From positions 1-64,000 of the forward strand of contig DASPSR010000021.1 in the NCBI GenBank assembly GCA_035623825.1: a stretch of DNA of 64,000 nucleotides, written 5' to 3'. This DNA comes from Nitrospirota bacterium. Its GTDB lineage: Bacteria; Nitrospirota; UBA9217. The translations under genes were made by a program, and so were the position numbers. Shown piece after piece: positions 1 through 10,350 of this stretch; the first letter of the stretch is position 1; every line of letters starts with the position of its first letter. The notes under the pieces are model-generated. The model did not search any database. It saw nothing but the letters and a program-made list of their open reading frames with translations, and had not been told where the DNA came from.

Positions 1-35
1 TATCCTCCTTTTCATGCGGTCTTGCCTATAGACAT

Positions 36-69
36 TGCATCAAGCGTGCCACAATGTAACTGATTGATT
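36..69 (-). promoter_or_regulatory. sigma54 (-24/-12) promoter with adjacent IHF site, driving a gene that starts just left of the window
   Basis: Minus strand TGGCACGCTTGATGCA (GG-N10-GC) at 36-51; AATCAATCAGTTA (WATCAA-N4-TTR) at 57-69; SD AAGGAGGA on the minus strand at 3-10. Confidence 0.8.
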
Positions 70-320
70 CAATGAGGAACCACTACAAAAACTCTTTTGC
101 ACAGATGAGAAAAAGATATAAACATTTTTAGGAATGCGAAAAATACGACATGAATTAGCATGAGCCAATGAGAATAGGGCACTTAATATACCGAGTGCGG
201 GATTGCCTCAAAGGGGCGTAAGAAAAGCGCGAACGGAAAGAATGATTTTTTGTTGTCTTCACCGTAAGAGCCTGTCGCTTCTATCTCTATTGGCGGCGCT
301 ACAGGCGGTATAGGAGGATG

Positions 321-1283
321 TCAACCACGCAGGTGGCAGTCAACGAAGTGGCCGTTTCCGAGATCGGTTGTGCTTGGGACAAGTTTGTCGCACGGGTCGA
401 AGCGGTAAAGACAGCGGGTGTGGAACCGGCAGCCTTGCGGGATCTGTGTAGGGCTCGGGATGTCTCCTTTGAGCAGGATGTGCTTCTTCTTTACAGTGGG
501 GTCCGCAACGGGTATGTCGGCCAGCAGCGCTTCGGTGTACGGGTGTGAGGGGTTTCTGTAAATCTCTTCGGCAGGAGCGATTTCAACGACCTTTCCGAGG
601 TACATCACTGCAACGCGGTCAGAAAAGTGGCGGACGAGGTTTAGATCATGTGCAATGAACAGGAACGACAGGCTCATCTCCTCGCCCAGGTCTTCCAGCA
701 GGTTAATGATTTGAGCCTGAACCGAGACATCGAGCGCTGAGACCGGCTCGTCAGCCACGATGAATGACGGATTGCTCGCCAGGGCTCTCGCAATTCCGAC
801 CCTCTGACGCTGGCCACCCGAAAACTCATGCGGATAGCGGCGCAGTGCGTCGGCGGAAAGTCCGACCTTGTTCAGCAGGGCTGCGGCACGCTCCTCCAGT
901 TCATTACCCTTGGCAAGAGCATGGATGACGAGCGGTTCGGAAATGATCTCCTTGATGCGCATGCGCGGATTAAGCGAGGCGAATGGATCCTGGAAGATAA
1001 TCTGCATGTTCTTGCGGAGAGCTCGGAGATCCTCCTTAGAAAGAGTGCCGAGATCGCGGCCTTCAAAAAAAACACTACCCGACGTTGGCTCGAGCAGTCT
1101 CAGCGCCAACCTGCCGAGCGTGGATTTGCCGCAGCCGCTCTCTCCGACAAGTCCTACCGCCTCCCCTCGAGCTACGGAGATGCTCACACCGTCGACAGCC
1201 CTTGCTTGAAGGGTTTTTCCCAAGCCGGCGTTAACCGGAAAGAACTTGTAGAGGTCTCTTATTTCAAGGAGAGCGTTGGCCAT
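321..1283 (-). CDS. oppF: Oligopeptide/dipeptide ABC transporter ATP-binding subunit (OppF/DppF type)
   Basis: Walker A GESGCGKS, YPHEFSGGQRQR signature, DEPVSALD, C-terminal GCRFHTRC oligo_HPY domain. Confidence 0.9.
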   Translation of the reverse strand: MANALLEIRDLYKFFPVNAGLGKTLQARAVDGVSISVARGEAVGLVGESGCGKSTLGRLALRLLEPTSGSVFFEGRDLGTLSKEDLRALRKNMQIIFQDPFASLNPRMRIKEIISEPLVIHALAKGNELEERAAALLNKVGLSADALRRYPHEFSGGQRQRVGIARALASNPSFIVADEPVSALDVSVQAQIINLLEDLGEEMSLSFLFIAHDLNLVRHFSDRVAVMYLGKVVEIAPAEEIYRNPSHPYTEALLADIPVADPTVKKKHILLKGDIPSPTQIPQGCRFHTRCLYRFDPCDKLVPSTTDLGNGHFVDCHLRG

Positions 1284-1331
1284 GAAAATCAATCTTCTAG
1301 GATTTAACCATTACTTTTGCTCTTCATTTTG

Positions 1332-2294
1332 CTATTGTTTCGCTTCCCAGCATCTCACCAGATGACCGTGCTTAATCTCGATGAGCTGAGGTTCTGTTTT
1401 GCATAGCTCTGTCTTGATTTCGCAGCGTGGGGCGAATCTGCAGCCAGCCGGAAGATCGTATAACTTCGGCACTGATCCGGATATTGTTCGCAGCCGGCTC
1501 TTTCGCTCCTCACCTGGCTTGGGGATCGAGGCCATGAGTCCTCTGGTGTAAGGATGCTGGGGATTGGAGAAAAGCTCGGTTGTGTCCGCCTGCTCCACAA
1601 TCAGTCCTGCATACATTACCGCCACCTCGTGAGCGCGCTCGGCGATCAGTCCCAGGTCGTGCGTTACCAAGACCATGGCCATGTCCATCTCCTTCTGGAT
1701 TTGGCTCAGGAGTTCAAGAATATGCGCTTGGATCGTGACATCGAGTGCCGTCGTCGGCTCATCAGCGAGAACGAGGGAAGGCTTGCATGCAATTGCCATA
1801 GCGATCATCACACGCTGGCGCATGCCGCCTGAAAGCTGGTGGGGATATTCGCGCACACGCTTCTCCGGCGAAGGAATGCCCACGGAGCGTAGGAGCTCTA
1901 CAGAAGTGTTGAACGCCTGCGCCTTAGTAACGTCAAGGTGAGTAGTGAGGACCTCGGCGATCTGGTTCCCGATGGTGAAGACGGGATTGAGCGCAGTCAT
2001 GGGTTCCTGGAAGATCATGGAGATTTTAGCCCCCCGGATCTTTCTCATCTCGTCAGTTGAAAGCGAGAGCAGATCCCGGCCTTCGAAAAGGATTCTGCCG
2101 GAAACGATCTTGCCAGGGTAGGGAACGAGGTTGAGTATGGAAAGGGCGGTTACGGTCTTTCCGCAACCGGATTCGCCGACAAGCCCGAGTATGCGGCTTT
2201 TTTGCAGCCTGAAACTGAGATTGTCGACTGCTTTCACCACACCCGATCTGGTGAAAAAATGTGTACTGAGGCTCTTTATTTCGAGAAGATCCAA
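1332..2294 (-). CDS. oppD: Oligopeptide/dipeptide ABC transporter ATP-binding subunit (OppD/DppD type)
   Basis: [46 protein letters not shown]. Confidence 0.9.
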   Translation of the reverse strand: MDLLEIKSLSTHFFTRSGVVKAVDNLSFRLQKSRILGLVGESGCGKTVTALSILNLVPYPGKIVSGRILFEGRDLLSLSTDEMRKIRGAKISMIFQEPMTALNPVFTIGNQIAEVLTTHLDVTKAQAFNTSVELLRSVGIPSPEKRVREYPHQLSGGMRQRVMIAMAIACKPSLVLADEPTTALDVTIQAHILELLSQIQKEMDMAMVLVTHDLGLIAERAHEVAVMYAGLIVEQADTTELFSNPQHPYTRGLMASIPKPGEERKSRLRTISGSVPKLYDLPAGCRFAPRCEIKTELCKTEPQLIEIKHGHLVRCWEAKQ

Positions 2295-2307
2295 ATGTGA
2301 GACTCCG

Positions 2308-3042
2308 TCAGGAATTCTGGGGTTTTACGAAATTCAGGTACGTCCTCACTGCGGAGTTGTTCGGGTCGAACACGAGCGCCTCTCTCCATTCTTCTTCGGC
2401 CAGGCCGTAGAAACCCTGCGAATAATAGGTGATGCCGAGGTGGAGCCGTGCGGGAATGTAGCGCGGATTGCTCTGCTTGGCCCTGGTGAACTGCTCGATG
2501 GCGTCATCGTACCGGCCCTTGTCCCTAAGGGCGATGCCGAGGTGTGTGATGATGTCTGCGAAATTCGGAGAGAGTCGGAGCGCCTTCTGATATTCCTCGA
2601 TGGCATCGTCCAGCAACCTCAATTCATAATAGAGGTCTCCGATCCTGAGATGTTCGTCGGAGAGCTTACCCTTAACGAAGGGGTCTATTGAGGATTCAGA
2701 GGCCTTATTCGCCTGTTCAGTAAAGTGGGACGCTTTTTCAAAGACCTCGCGGGCTTTCTCGTACATGCCGAGGTCGCTGTAGGTGATCGCAAGGTTAAGC
2801 GAGGCCTCGGTGTATCCCGGGTTCATCTCCAGGGCCTTTTCAAATGCTTTTGCAGCCAGATCCAGCCTGTCGGTGTGGTTGAAGATAATCCCTAGCTTGT
2901 TCTGGATATCCGCGAAGGAGGGTTTCCTGTCCAGAATCGACTGGAAAAAGCGTTCGGCGTTTTCGTAGTCTTTTTTGTCGAACGCCTCTGTCCCCTGCTT
3001 GTACAGGTCTTCGAGTTTTTGCTCCATTTTTTCTCCATTCAT
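2308..3042 (-). CDS. Tetratricopeptide repeat protein
   Basis: About six TPR units (e.g. LGIIF..A..AFEKALEMNP; LGIAL..GRYDDAI..F..A..NP); start may be ATG 3027. Confidence 0.85.
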   Translation of the reverse strand: MNGEKMEQKLEDLYKQGTEAFDKKDYENAERFFQSILDRKPSFADIQNKLGIIFNHTDRLDLAAKAFEKALEMNPGYTEASLNLAITYSDLGMYEKAREVFEKASHFTEQANKASESSIDPFVKGKLSDEHLRIGDLYYELRLLDDAIEEYQKALRLSPNFADIITHLGIALRDKGRYDDAIEQFTRAKQSNPRYIPARLHLGITYYSQGFYGLAEEEWREALVFDPNNSAVRTYLNFVKPQNS

Positions 3043-3202
3043 GGTCGGCTACGCAATAGCCCAACTATGGTGAAAAATTTAGCATACCCCAGCACACCCT
3101 GTCAATCAAAAACAGGTTCGCGCAACCTCAGACCGAATCTGTCGATAGTGATTTGCATCGGAAATGAGCATGAAGACAAGCATGATACGACTATCCCTGC
3201 GG

Positions 3203-3382
3203 TTACCAAAGGTATTTGAGTGGGTCTTGCGGAACACCGCTCTTGCGTATTTCAAAGTGAAGGTGAGGGCCGGTCACCCGGCCTGTACTGCCCACCTTCG
3301 CGATGATCTGGCCTTTCTTGACAGTTTTGAATCCTCCTGAACCGCCTTTATCCGTGTCTGAAGACGCTTTTTCCATTAACAT
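3203..3382 (-). pseudogene. 59-aa ORF encoding only the C-terminal half of an M23 metallopeptidase domain
   Basis: Manual translation [59 protein letters not shown]; M23 HxH motif present, HxxxD missing; SD GAGGAG upstream; absent from the ORF track (<60 aa). Confidence 0.75.
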
Positions 3383-3415
3383 ATTCTCCTCGCCCTTTCG
3401 TCTTTGCGAGAGAGC

Positions 3416-4090
3416 CTATTTCTTGCTCTTCAGATATTCTTCCATGATAGCCGCGCCCGAACTGGTCCCGATACGCTCGGCGCCTGCCTCGACGAGCGCG
3501 GTGACCGCTGCGAGGGTCCGTATCCCGCCTGAGGCCTTCACGCGGCACGCGGTCCCCACCGCGCTGCGCATGAGTTGGACGTCCTCAACCGTCGCGCCCC
3601 GCGGGCCGTACCCCGTCGAGGTCTTGACAAACTCAGAACCGATACGCGCAGCCATGGTGCAAACGGTCGTGATCTCCTCTGATGTCAGGAAGCCTGTTTC
3701 GAGGATAACCTTGTGGACGAGCTTCGGTGTCATGGCGATGATGTTCTTCATATCGATCTCAACGATATCAAGACGACCGGACTTCAGCAAACCGAGGTTT
3801 ATGACGATGTCGAGCTCGCTTGCACCGTTCTTCATTGCCTCCATAGCTTCAACGATCTTTACCGTGGTTGTGTTCGCGCCGTGCGGGAACCCCACGACGG
3901 CACAGACTTTGAGCAAGGTGCCGAAAAGCAGTTCTTTGGCCCTGGCTACGTGGCAGCCGTTCACCACGACAGATGAAAATCCATATTTTTTTGCTTCATC
4001 GCAGACCCTCGCAAGGTCCGTTATAGTCGCGTCTGGGCGCACGAGGGTATGGTCGATTATCTGGGCTAATTGGCCGGCGCTTTGGAACAT
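3416..4090 (-). CDS. deoC: Deoxyribose-phosphate aldolase
   Basis: IDHTL, VVGFPHG, KVILETG, FVKTSTG (Schiff-base Lys), VKASGGIR, RIGTSSG. Confidence 0.95.
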   Translation of the reverse strand: MFQSAGQLAQIIDHTLVRPDATITDLARVCDEAKKYGFSSVVVNGCHVARAKELLFGTLLKVCAVVGFPHGANTTTVKIVEAMEAMKNGASELDIVINLGLLKSGRLDIVEIDMKNIIAMTPKLVHKVILETGFLTSEEITTVCTMAARIGSEFVKTSTGYGPRGATVEDVQLMRSAVGTACRVKASGGIRTLAAVTALVEAGAERIGTSSGAAIMEEYLKSKK

Positions 4091-4938
4091 TTCAGGACCT
4101 CATCGCTGTATGCCCGGGCGAGAGCAGCGGTGACCGGACCGGGTTTTCCGTTCCCAATCAGCTTGCCGTCTATGATTGTGACTGGCATGACCTCAATCGA
4201 TGAATTGGTGATAAAGCATTCGTCCGCGGTCAACAGCTCGTGTGGAGTGAAGGCCGTCTCCAGTGTCGCCACGTGTTCCTTGTCTGCAAGGTGAAGCACC
4301 AGGCCTCGGGTCACACCTTCAAGAATGCCGATGCTCAATGCGGGTGTTATAATAGTCCCGGATTTTACCATGAAAATGTTGCAGATCGTACCCTCGGCGA
4401 CAAACCCTTCCCAGTTCAGCATGATGCCTTCATAGGCCCCAGCCCGGATTGATTCTATTTTCGCAAGGATGTTGTTCAGAAAGTTCGTGCCCTTGATAGA
4501 AGGGTCGAGCGCAAGGGGATGGTTGCGGCGTGTTTTTACTACGGCCACGGAAACGCCGCGTTCGTAATGCTCCGATGGATAACCCTTGAAAGGCCTGGCC
4601 ATGATGACCATCGTTGGTTCCGGGCAAAGCGCCGGATCAAGACCGATCTCTCCAGGTCCCCGAGAGAAGTGGAGACGAACATATGCTTCGGTAAGATGAT
4701 TGACCCGCAGGGTTTCCTTGAGAGCTTTCCCAATATCTTCAAGCGACATGGGAAGCGTGAGGGAGATAGCATTTGCCGATCGGCTGAGCCGATCCAAATG
4801 ACGATCGAGAAGGAAAAGCGTGCCGTTATAGGCGCGCATGGTTTCATAGATGCCATCGCCGTAGAGATATCCATGGTCAAAAACCGACACTGTAGCTTCC
4901 TCTTTTGTGACGAAACGGCCGTTGAGATAAATGAGCAT
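4066..4938 (-). CDS. ilvE: Class IV PLP aminotransferase (branched-chain aminotransferase IlvE-like)
   Basis: DHGYLYGDGIYETMR, IKGTNFLNNILAK, EGTICNIF, ILEGVTR, ADECFITNS; could instead be Dat/PabC. Confidence 0.75.
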   Translation of the reverse strand: MLIYLNGRFVTKEEATVSVFDHGYLYGDGIYETMRAYNGTLFLLDRHLDRLSRSANAISLTLPMSLEDIGKALKETLRVNHLTEAYVRLHFSRGPGEIGLDPALCPEPTMVIMARPFKGYPSEHYERGVSVAVVKTRRNHPLALDPSIKGTNFLNNILAKIESIRAGAYEGIMLNWEGFVAEGTICNIFMVKSGTIITPALSIGILEGVTRGLVLHLADKEHVATLETAFTPHELLTADECFITNSSIEVMPVTIIDGKLIGNGKPGPVTAALARAYSDEVLKCSKAPAN

Positions 4939-5355
4939 GGCCTGAAAGTAACATTAATAATTTGAGGTGTCAAGAACCAAAGGGAGCGAAAAAAGCAAAA
5001 ATGCTCCGGACCACGAAAGGCTCACGAAAATGAGCATCACCGATACTGACAGCAATTATTTCTTCTTTCTCAGGGGTCTTCGTGCCTCGCGAGTCAAACG
5101 TCCCTGATTGGAAGACGAGAGCTCATCCATAAGCATACATCTAAGTGCGATTTCGGAAAAAGAAATAGAGGCGAAATGTTCCGGCCGATAGTTATTCGGG
5201 GACGATACATGTGAAAGCATTGAACAGGCAACATCATTACATAACGGTGTGCGGTGAGGGGAGGGAGCCAGCGCTGAGTAAAGGAGAGCGTCTGAGCAAT
5301 AATAAAAGAGAAAGCGGCCCTTAATGCCGAGATGATAATGTGTTTTCGAGGTGTC

Positions 5356-6957
5356 TTACTTTACTTGCTGCATTTCTCTCTTGAACTCCGAGGTGAAGTG
5401 AAACTTAATCTCAGGATTGGCTTCGATCATGTTCTTGAGAACCCATTCCGACTCGGCGAGAAAGACGAGATTGCCATCCCTGTCTGTTGCGATGCGGTCC
5501 GACTTGAACCTGCAGAACTTCTCCATGTCCTTTCTATCATCCGCTGTGATCCAGCATGCCTTATAGATCGCCATCGGATCGAAGCGGCACGCTGCGCCGT
5601 ACTCATGCTCCAAACGATACTGGAGGACATCGAACTGGAGCACGCCGACGGTGCCCACGATTCTTCGGTTCCCCTGGCGCTGGGTGAAAAGCTGCGCTAC
5701 GCCTTCATCGGTGAGCTGCTCAATGCCCTTTGCAAGCTGTTTGGACTTGGACGGATCCATGTTCACGAGCTCCTTGAACACCTCAGGTGAAAAGGTCGGG
5801 ATGCCCTGGAACATGAGTTTTTCGCCTTCGGTGAGCGTATCGCCGATCTTGAAATTCCCCGTATCGTACAAGCCGATTACATCGCCGGGAAAGGCCTCGT
5901 CGACGATGCTCTTCCGTGCGCCGAGAAAGCTCGCCGGACTGCTGAAACGGATGTTCTTGCTCATGCGTACGTGATGGAACACCTTGTTTCGCTCGAACTT
6001 GCCTGAGCAGATGCGTATAAAGGCTATGCGGTCGCGGTGGCGCGGGTCGAGGTTGGCGTGGATCTTGAAGACAAAGCCAGTGAAGCTCTTCTCGTCTGAA
6101 TTGACTATGCGTTGGTCTGTGGAGCGGTTTCCCGGCCCGGGTGCAATCTCGGTGAACGTATCCAAGAGCTCCTTCACTCCGAAGTTATTGATGGCGCTCC
6201 CGAAGAACACCGGCGCGAGATCGCCGCGCAGGTAGGCATTGACATCGAATGGCTCATGAGTGCCTTCGATCAACTCCACATCCTCCTTCAGCCGCGCTGC
6301 ATTATAGCCGAGCTGCTGGTCAAGGACCGGGTCGTCGAGGCCTCTGATCGCGAGCACATCGTCCGTGACCGTGACACCCCCGGGACAAAAGAGAGAGAGA
6401 CTATGATTGTAAAGATTGTAGACTCCCTTGAAGGAGGTCCCCATGCTGATGGGCCACGAGAGCGGCTGCACCTTGATGGAGAGCTTCACTTCTAGTTCGT
6501 CAAGAAGCTCGAAGGGGTTCTTCCCTTCGCGATCGAGCTTGTTCACAAAAATGATCACCGGCGTATTCCGCATGCGGCAGACCTGCATGAGCTTTTCTGT
6601 CTGCTCCTCAACGCCTTTTACACAGTCAACGACAAGGATAACACTGTCCACCGCCGTAAGCGTGCGGTATGTGTCTTCGGCAAAATCCTTGTGGCCCGGC
6701 GTGTCGAGGAGGTTGATCTTGAGCCCGTTGTAGTCGAAGCCCATGACCGATGTGGCAACGGAGATGCCGCGCTGCCGCTCGATATCCATGAAGTCAGATG
6801 CGGTGCTTTTCCTGATCTTATTCGACTTCACAGCGCCAGCTACTTGGATCGCACCGCCGAAAAGAAGGAACTTTTCGGTGAGCGTGGTCTTGCCCGCGTC
6901 GGGGTGGCTGATGATGGCGAAGGTTCGCCGCTTATTCATTTCGTCCAAGTAGTCCAT
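5356..6957 (-). CDS. prfC: Peptide chain release factor 3
   Basis: [52 protein letters not shown]; start placed at ATG 6957 (MDYLDE). Confidence 0.95.
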   Translation of the reverse strand: MDYLDEMNKRRTFAIISHPDAGKTTLTEKFLLFGGAIQVAGAVKSNKIRKSTASDFMDIERQRGISVATSVMGFDYNGLKINLLDTPGHKDFAEDTYRTLTAVDSVILVVDCVKGVEEQTEKLMQVCRMRNTPVIIFVNKLDREGKNPFELLDELEVKLSIKVQPLSWPISMGTSFKGVYNLYNHSLSLFCPGGVTVTDDVLAIRGLDDPVLDQQLGYNAARLKEDVELIEGTHEPFDVNAYLRGDLAPVFFGSAINNFGVKELLDTFTEIAPGPGNRSTDQRIVNSDEKSFTGFVFKIHANLDPRHRDRIAFIRICSGKFERNKVFHHVRMSKNIRFSSPASFLGARKSIVDEAFPGDVIGLYDTGNFKIGDTLTEGEKLMFQGIPTFSPEVFKELVNMDPSKSKQLAKGIEQLTDEGVAQLFTQRQGNRRIVGTVGVLQFDVLQYRLEHEYGAACRFDPMAIYKACWITADDRKDMEKFCRFKSDRIATDRDGNLVFLAESEWVLKNMIEANPEIKFHFTSEFKREMQQVK

Positions 6958-7237
6958 AGATCGTGATATCCTATTCCTCCCGGGCAAATGTGGGGAGGGT
7001 TGGCAATGGAGATGACCCACCTTTGTAAAGGGGTGCTCTTTCACAAAGAAGTCCGGTAGCATAACAACTGGGAGCAAAAAAGTCAAGAATTTTGGTGAAA
7101 AATGTCGAGAAAAGCCAGAAGCGCATCCCGGACGGCAGGAGCAGAAACAGAAATCATTATTAAGAAATCAAGTTGATTCGTGCAATACGTGTCACGCGTC
7201 CCGTGCTGCGGCTCAGCAGACTTCAAGTTATGGGAAA

Positions 7238-7564
7238 CTACGATGTGAAATGAAGTGCCAGCCAGACGGTCTCTGCCCCTGCCTCTGTCCACTCGATACG
7301 GTGGCGGACATGGGCGGGGATGAGGAAATGATCGCCGGGCCGCAGGACGCGAACATCATGCTCCTCCTCAAAAAGCAAACCGGCGCTTCCGGACAGCAGT
7401 ATGACCCACTCGTCCCTGTCCTGGTCGTACCATCGGCCGGGTGGTGTTGACTGGCCTGTGGAAACGATACGCTCCAATTTCAGAGAATCGGTCTGCAACA
7501 GCGTTTCAGAGATTTCGCCGACCGAAGTTTGCGCAAGATGCGTGAAAAGATTTTTTATGATCAT
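7238..7564 (-). CDS. Cupin domain protein
   Basis: ERIVSTGQSTPPGRWYDQ..EWV.LL.G.A; PGD...IPAH.RHR.EWT cupin motifs. Confidence 0.85.
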   Translation of the reverse strand: MIIKNLFTHLAQTSVGEISETLLQTDSLKLERIVSTGQSTPPGRWYDQDRDEWVILLSGSAGLLFEEEHDVRVLRPGDHFLIPAHVRHRIEWTEAGAETVWLALHFTS

Positions 7565-7575
7565 ATAAGTGACTC

Positions 7576-7776
7576 CTATCGAAGCATAAGAACCTTTACA
7601 TCCAACCTCTTTTCAAGTGGATCTTTTATTTCATGCGCCTTACCGATCTTATCCATCGCTGCGTCCATCCTATCGGTGAATTCCTTCGGCATCTCGTCGA
7701 GATTACAGGAGACTTCCTTTTTCTCGGCCTCCCCGCGTATCGACGGTCCTGATTCCCGCTCAATCGGCCAATCCAT
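7576..7776 (-). CDS. Small hypothetical protein
   Basis: 66-aa charged ORF filling the gap between the acyltransferase and the cupin; overlaps the acyltransferase stop. Confidence 0.35.
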   Translation of the reverse strand: MDWPIERESGPSIRGEAEKKEVSCNLDEMPKEFTDRMDAAMDKIGKAHEIKDPLEKRLDVKVLMLR

Positions 7777-8548
7777 GATATGCTGCGCTGATGGCATCAT
7801 GGGCTTCTGAGGCCAGTACTTTCCTCGAGGCATCCGCGTGTATCCTGATGGTTTCGAGCGGCCGTACTTCCAGATCAACGGACTGCAAGGCAAGGAGCCG
7901 GGGGAGATGTCTGAAGAAGGTCATGTCGCCATAGAAAAAAACAGAGTCACGGGTGTCACTCGTTATGTGACGGTTGTTTACTTTCGTGTACCGCAAGCAG
8001 AAGGGAAACACGTTGATCTTTGCCCGGATGGCGGAGTCGAAAAGCGAATTCTTGAAAGGCTGTACCCGTTCTCCGTTCGATGTGGTTCCTTCGGGAAACA
8101 GCACCACGGAGAATCCTTGGCCGAGAACGTGCGCGATCGACTCGATCTCCTTTTTGAGGCCGGATGTCTTCCTCCGTTCTACGAATATGCTTCCGCCAAA
8201 CTTTGCGACCGTTCCGAGCAGCAACGTATGTTTCATCTCTACCGATGTGATGAAAACAGCGGGCATGAGGGATGACATGACCAGCACATCAACATAGGAA
8301 AGATGGTTCACGATTACGAGGTGACCCCCGCGGCCTTTATGCAGAAGTTCGGCGTGCTTTACATGGACCCGTATCCCGAGCAGCCTAAGCGTCACCCGGG
8401 CGAAGAGTGACGAGTTCTGCACCGCCAAAAGCCGCTTCTTATTACCGGAGGGCATAAGCACGGAAAGAGATGCGGATATGAGAAGGTAGGATATCAACAG
8501 GGGCAGGGCCCCCAGCAGTTTGAGTGTCACTCTCAGCATGTTTGCCAT
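7760..8548 (-). CDS. Lysophospholipid acyltransferase (PlsC family)
   Basis: NHLSYVD (HX4D) and FPEGT motifs; N-terminal hydrophobic helix. Confidence 0.9.
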   Translation of the reverse strand: MANMLRVTLKLLGALPLLISYLLISASLSVLMPSGNKKRLLAVQNSSLFARVTLRLLGIRVHVKHAELLHKGRGGHLVIVNHLSYVDVLVMSSLMPAVFITSVEMKHTLLLGTVAKFGGSIFVERRKTSGLKKEIESIAHVLGQGFSVVLFPEGTTSNGERVQPFKNSLFDSAIRAKINVFPFCLRYTKVNNRHITSDTRDSVFFYGDMTFFRHLPRLLALQSVDLEVRPLETIRIHADASRKVLASEAHDAISAAYHGLAD

Positions 8549-8733
8549 GTGATCAACGAGGTCGAAGTGGTGATGACACGTCGCCGGGTCAGGGCTGCGG
8601 GTGCCCGTCTAGAGACGATTATTGCATATGCCCATTCCCTTTTCAATAGAAAACACCGGCTTTACACCCGCCGAAACCCGCGCTATACTTTAAATAGCGA
8701 TAAAGAATGAGTTTTTAGCAACAGGAGGATATC

Positions 8734-9045
8734 ATGAGCATGCTCGTAGAGTTCAGTGTTGTGCCGATAGGAACAGGCGTGAGCATAAGTCCACAGATTG
8801 CTAAGGTTCTCAAGATCGTCGCGGAGAGCGGTGTGCGCTACAAGGCGAATCCCATGGGCACCGTGCTCGAAGGAGAGTGGGACACGGTGATGACTGTTGT
8901 CAAGAAATGCCACCACGAGGTCATAAAGGACACCGAGCGCGTTCTGACAACGATCACCATTGATGACCGCAAAGGGAAGGGACAGCGAATAGATAAGAAG
9001 ATTGAGTCGGTAGAGCAGAAACTCGGGATGAAGCTGAACCGGTAG
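8734..9045 (+). CDS. MTH1187/YkoF-like thiamine-binding protein
   Basis: EFSVVPIG..SIS, PMGTVLEGEWD, RV.T.I.IDDR; SD AGGAGG. Confidence 0.9.
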   Translation: MSMLVEFSVVPIGTGVSISPQIAKVLKIVAESGVRYKANPMGTVLEGEWDTVMTVVKKCHHEVIKDTERVLTTITIDDRKGKGQRIDKKIESVEQKLGMKLNR

Positions 9046-9059
9046 AGAGAGGGTGGACT

Positions 9060-9278
9060 ATGAATACCAAGAGGAGCCAAGACGGCACGGAGGAACGTCT
9101 CAAGATCCAGGAGACGGCGCTGTCCAACCTCGCCGATTCCTTAAAACGGCACGAGGTTGAAGTCGAGGAGGAGATCGGGGATATCCAGGCAGAGCTTAAG
9201 GCCCTAAAGATGTTCCTCACGAGAAGCATGCCCGATTTCAAAAAACAGTTCCCAGAGATCCAGCGGAAACTGAAATAA
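9060..9278 (+). CDS. Small coiled-coil hypothetical protein
   Basis: 72 aa, heptad-rich, SD upstream, co-oriented in an operon. Confidence 0.65.
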   Translation: MNTKRSQDGTEERLKIQETALSNLADSLKRHEVEVEEEIGDIQAELKALKMFLTRSMPDFKKQFPEIQRKLK

Positions 9279-9307
9279 ACCCTATCCGGCGCGTCTGCTT
9301 ATAATTC

Positions 9308-9847
9308 ATGAAGGAGGCGGATTCCATGAAGGCAATCACGAAGGTAAAGACAAAAGGGTACAAACTATCGTATAAGAAGAAATCAGCGACAACAGACCCG
9401 TATCTACCGAGAGGCGCAAGCCGGAAGATGATGGTTTGCGAATCCTGTCATGCTATCTACAGCAACAAGCGGTGGTATAGCGACCCTGAACTCTACGAGA
9501 CCGCCAAGAGGAATCCCACTACTATTACCGCGGTCTGCCCGGCCGACTTGAAGATCCGCGACAATTTCCCCGGCGGCATTGTGACGCTGAAGGGGGACTA
9601 TGTGCTGCCGCACAAGCAGGACTTACTGAACCTTGTAAAGAATGAGGAAGAGCGAGCGCGCGGATTTAATCCCCTTGAGCGGGTGATGTCCGTAAAAGAG
9701 AACGGCTATGGCAGTATTGTAATCTCTACGACCAATGAAAAACTGGCGCAGCGACTAGGCAGAGCGATCAAGAAGGCCTTTCACGGAGAAGTGACATATA
9801 GGTGGTCACATGATAACAAGCTCGCGCGTGTTGATTGGGTAAGGTAA
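9308..9847 (+). CDS. BCAM0308-family (NMD3-like zinc-ribbon) protein
   Basis: DPY, CESCHAIY..KRW, CPA..IRDNFPGG.V.L.G, NPLER.M, TTNEKLAQRLGRA..KAF.G, RVDW.R; start may be ATG 9326. Confidence 0.75.
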   Translation: MKEADSMKAITKVKTKGYKLSYKKKSATTDPYLPRGASRKMMVCESCHAIYSNKRWYSDPELYETAKRNPTTITAVCPADLKIRDNFPGGIVTLKGDYVLPHKQDLLNLVKNEEERARGFNPLERVMSVKENGYGSIVISTTNEKLAQRLGRAIKKAFHGEVTYRWSHDNKLARVDWVR

Positions 9848-9859
9848 ACGGGACAAGAC

Positions 9860-10162
9860 CTATGACGTTTCTTTTTTCAGCGACTCTAGATACTCCTCCC
9901 ATTCAGCAGGGAGGAGATATTTTTTTTTGTTGTTGCACTCCTTGCAGGCGGGGACTAGGTTCCTAGGCACCGACTTTCCTCCGCGGATGACGGGAATCAA
10001 ATGGTCCATGGTCAGTTCCGCAGGATGGAACTTCCGGCGGCAATAATGACAGATCCCCGTAGAGCGTTTTCTTTTCCACCACGGGGAATTCCGCAGTTCT
10101 CGCGCTTTTCCTCTCTCTTTTTTGATGTGTGCGTCTTCAGCGGCAATAAAATGGTCGGTCAT
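9860..10162 (-). CDS. Stand-alone HNH endonuclease
   Basis: CHYC..., TMDHLIP..RGG....NLVPACKECNNKK. Confidence 0.9.
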   Translation of the reverse strand: MTDHFIAAEDAHIKKERGKARELRNSPWWKRKRSTGICHYCRRKFHPAELTMDHLIPVIRGGKSVPRNLVPACKECNNKKKYLLPAEWEEYLESLKKETS

Positions 10163-10268
10163 AATCGACTAAATAATACTTTTTTTATGCACGCTTGTCA
10201 CGATAAAATTAAAATTTTGCCTGCATGCTCCCCCACCGCCTAACATCTCAAAAAAAATAATAATTTTC

Positions 10269-10297
10269 TTGACATTGCATTCTACGAACGATATACT
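10269..10297 (+). promoter_or_regulatory. sigma70 promoter of the dcw operon (Pmra)
   Basis: TTGACA (10269-74), 17-bp spacer, TATACT (10292-97). Confidence 0.85.
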
Positions 10298-10308
10298 TTG
10301 CCAAACAG

Positions 10309-10343
10309 GTGGCATAAAGTGGGAAGCAGTGGGTAGTCATGGG
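10309..10343 (+). promoter_or_regulatory. MraZ operator: four direct repeats with 10-bp period
   Basis: GTGGC 10309, GTGGG 10319, GTGGG 10329, ATGGG 10339. Confidence 0.85.
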
Positions 10344-10350
10344 GAGGCTG

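Noticed and set aside
4940-5355. Gene or RNA in the gap between ilvE and prfC
   Set aside because: No supported ORF or RNA motif; only weak palindromic traces.
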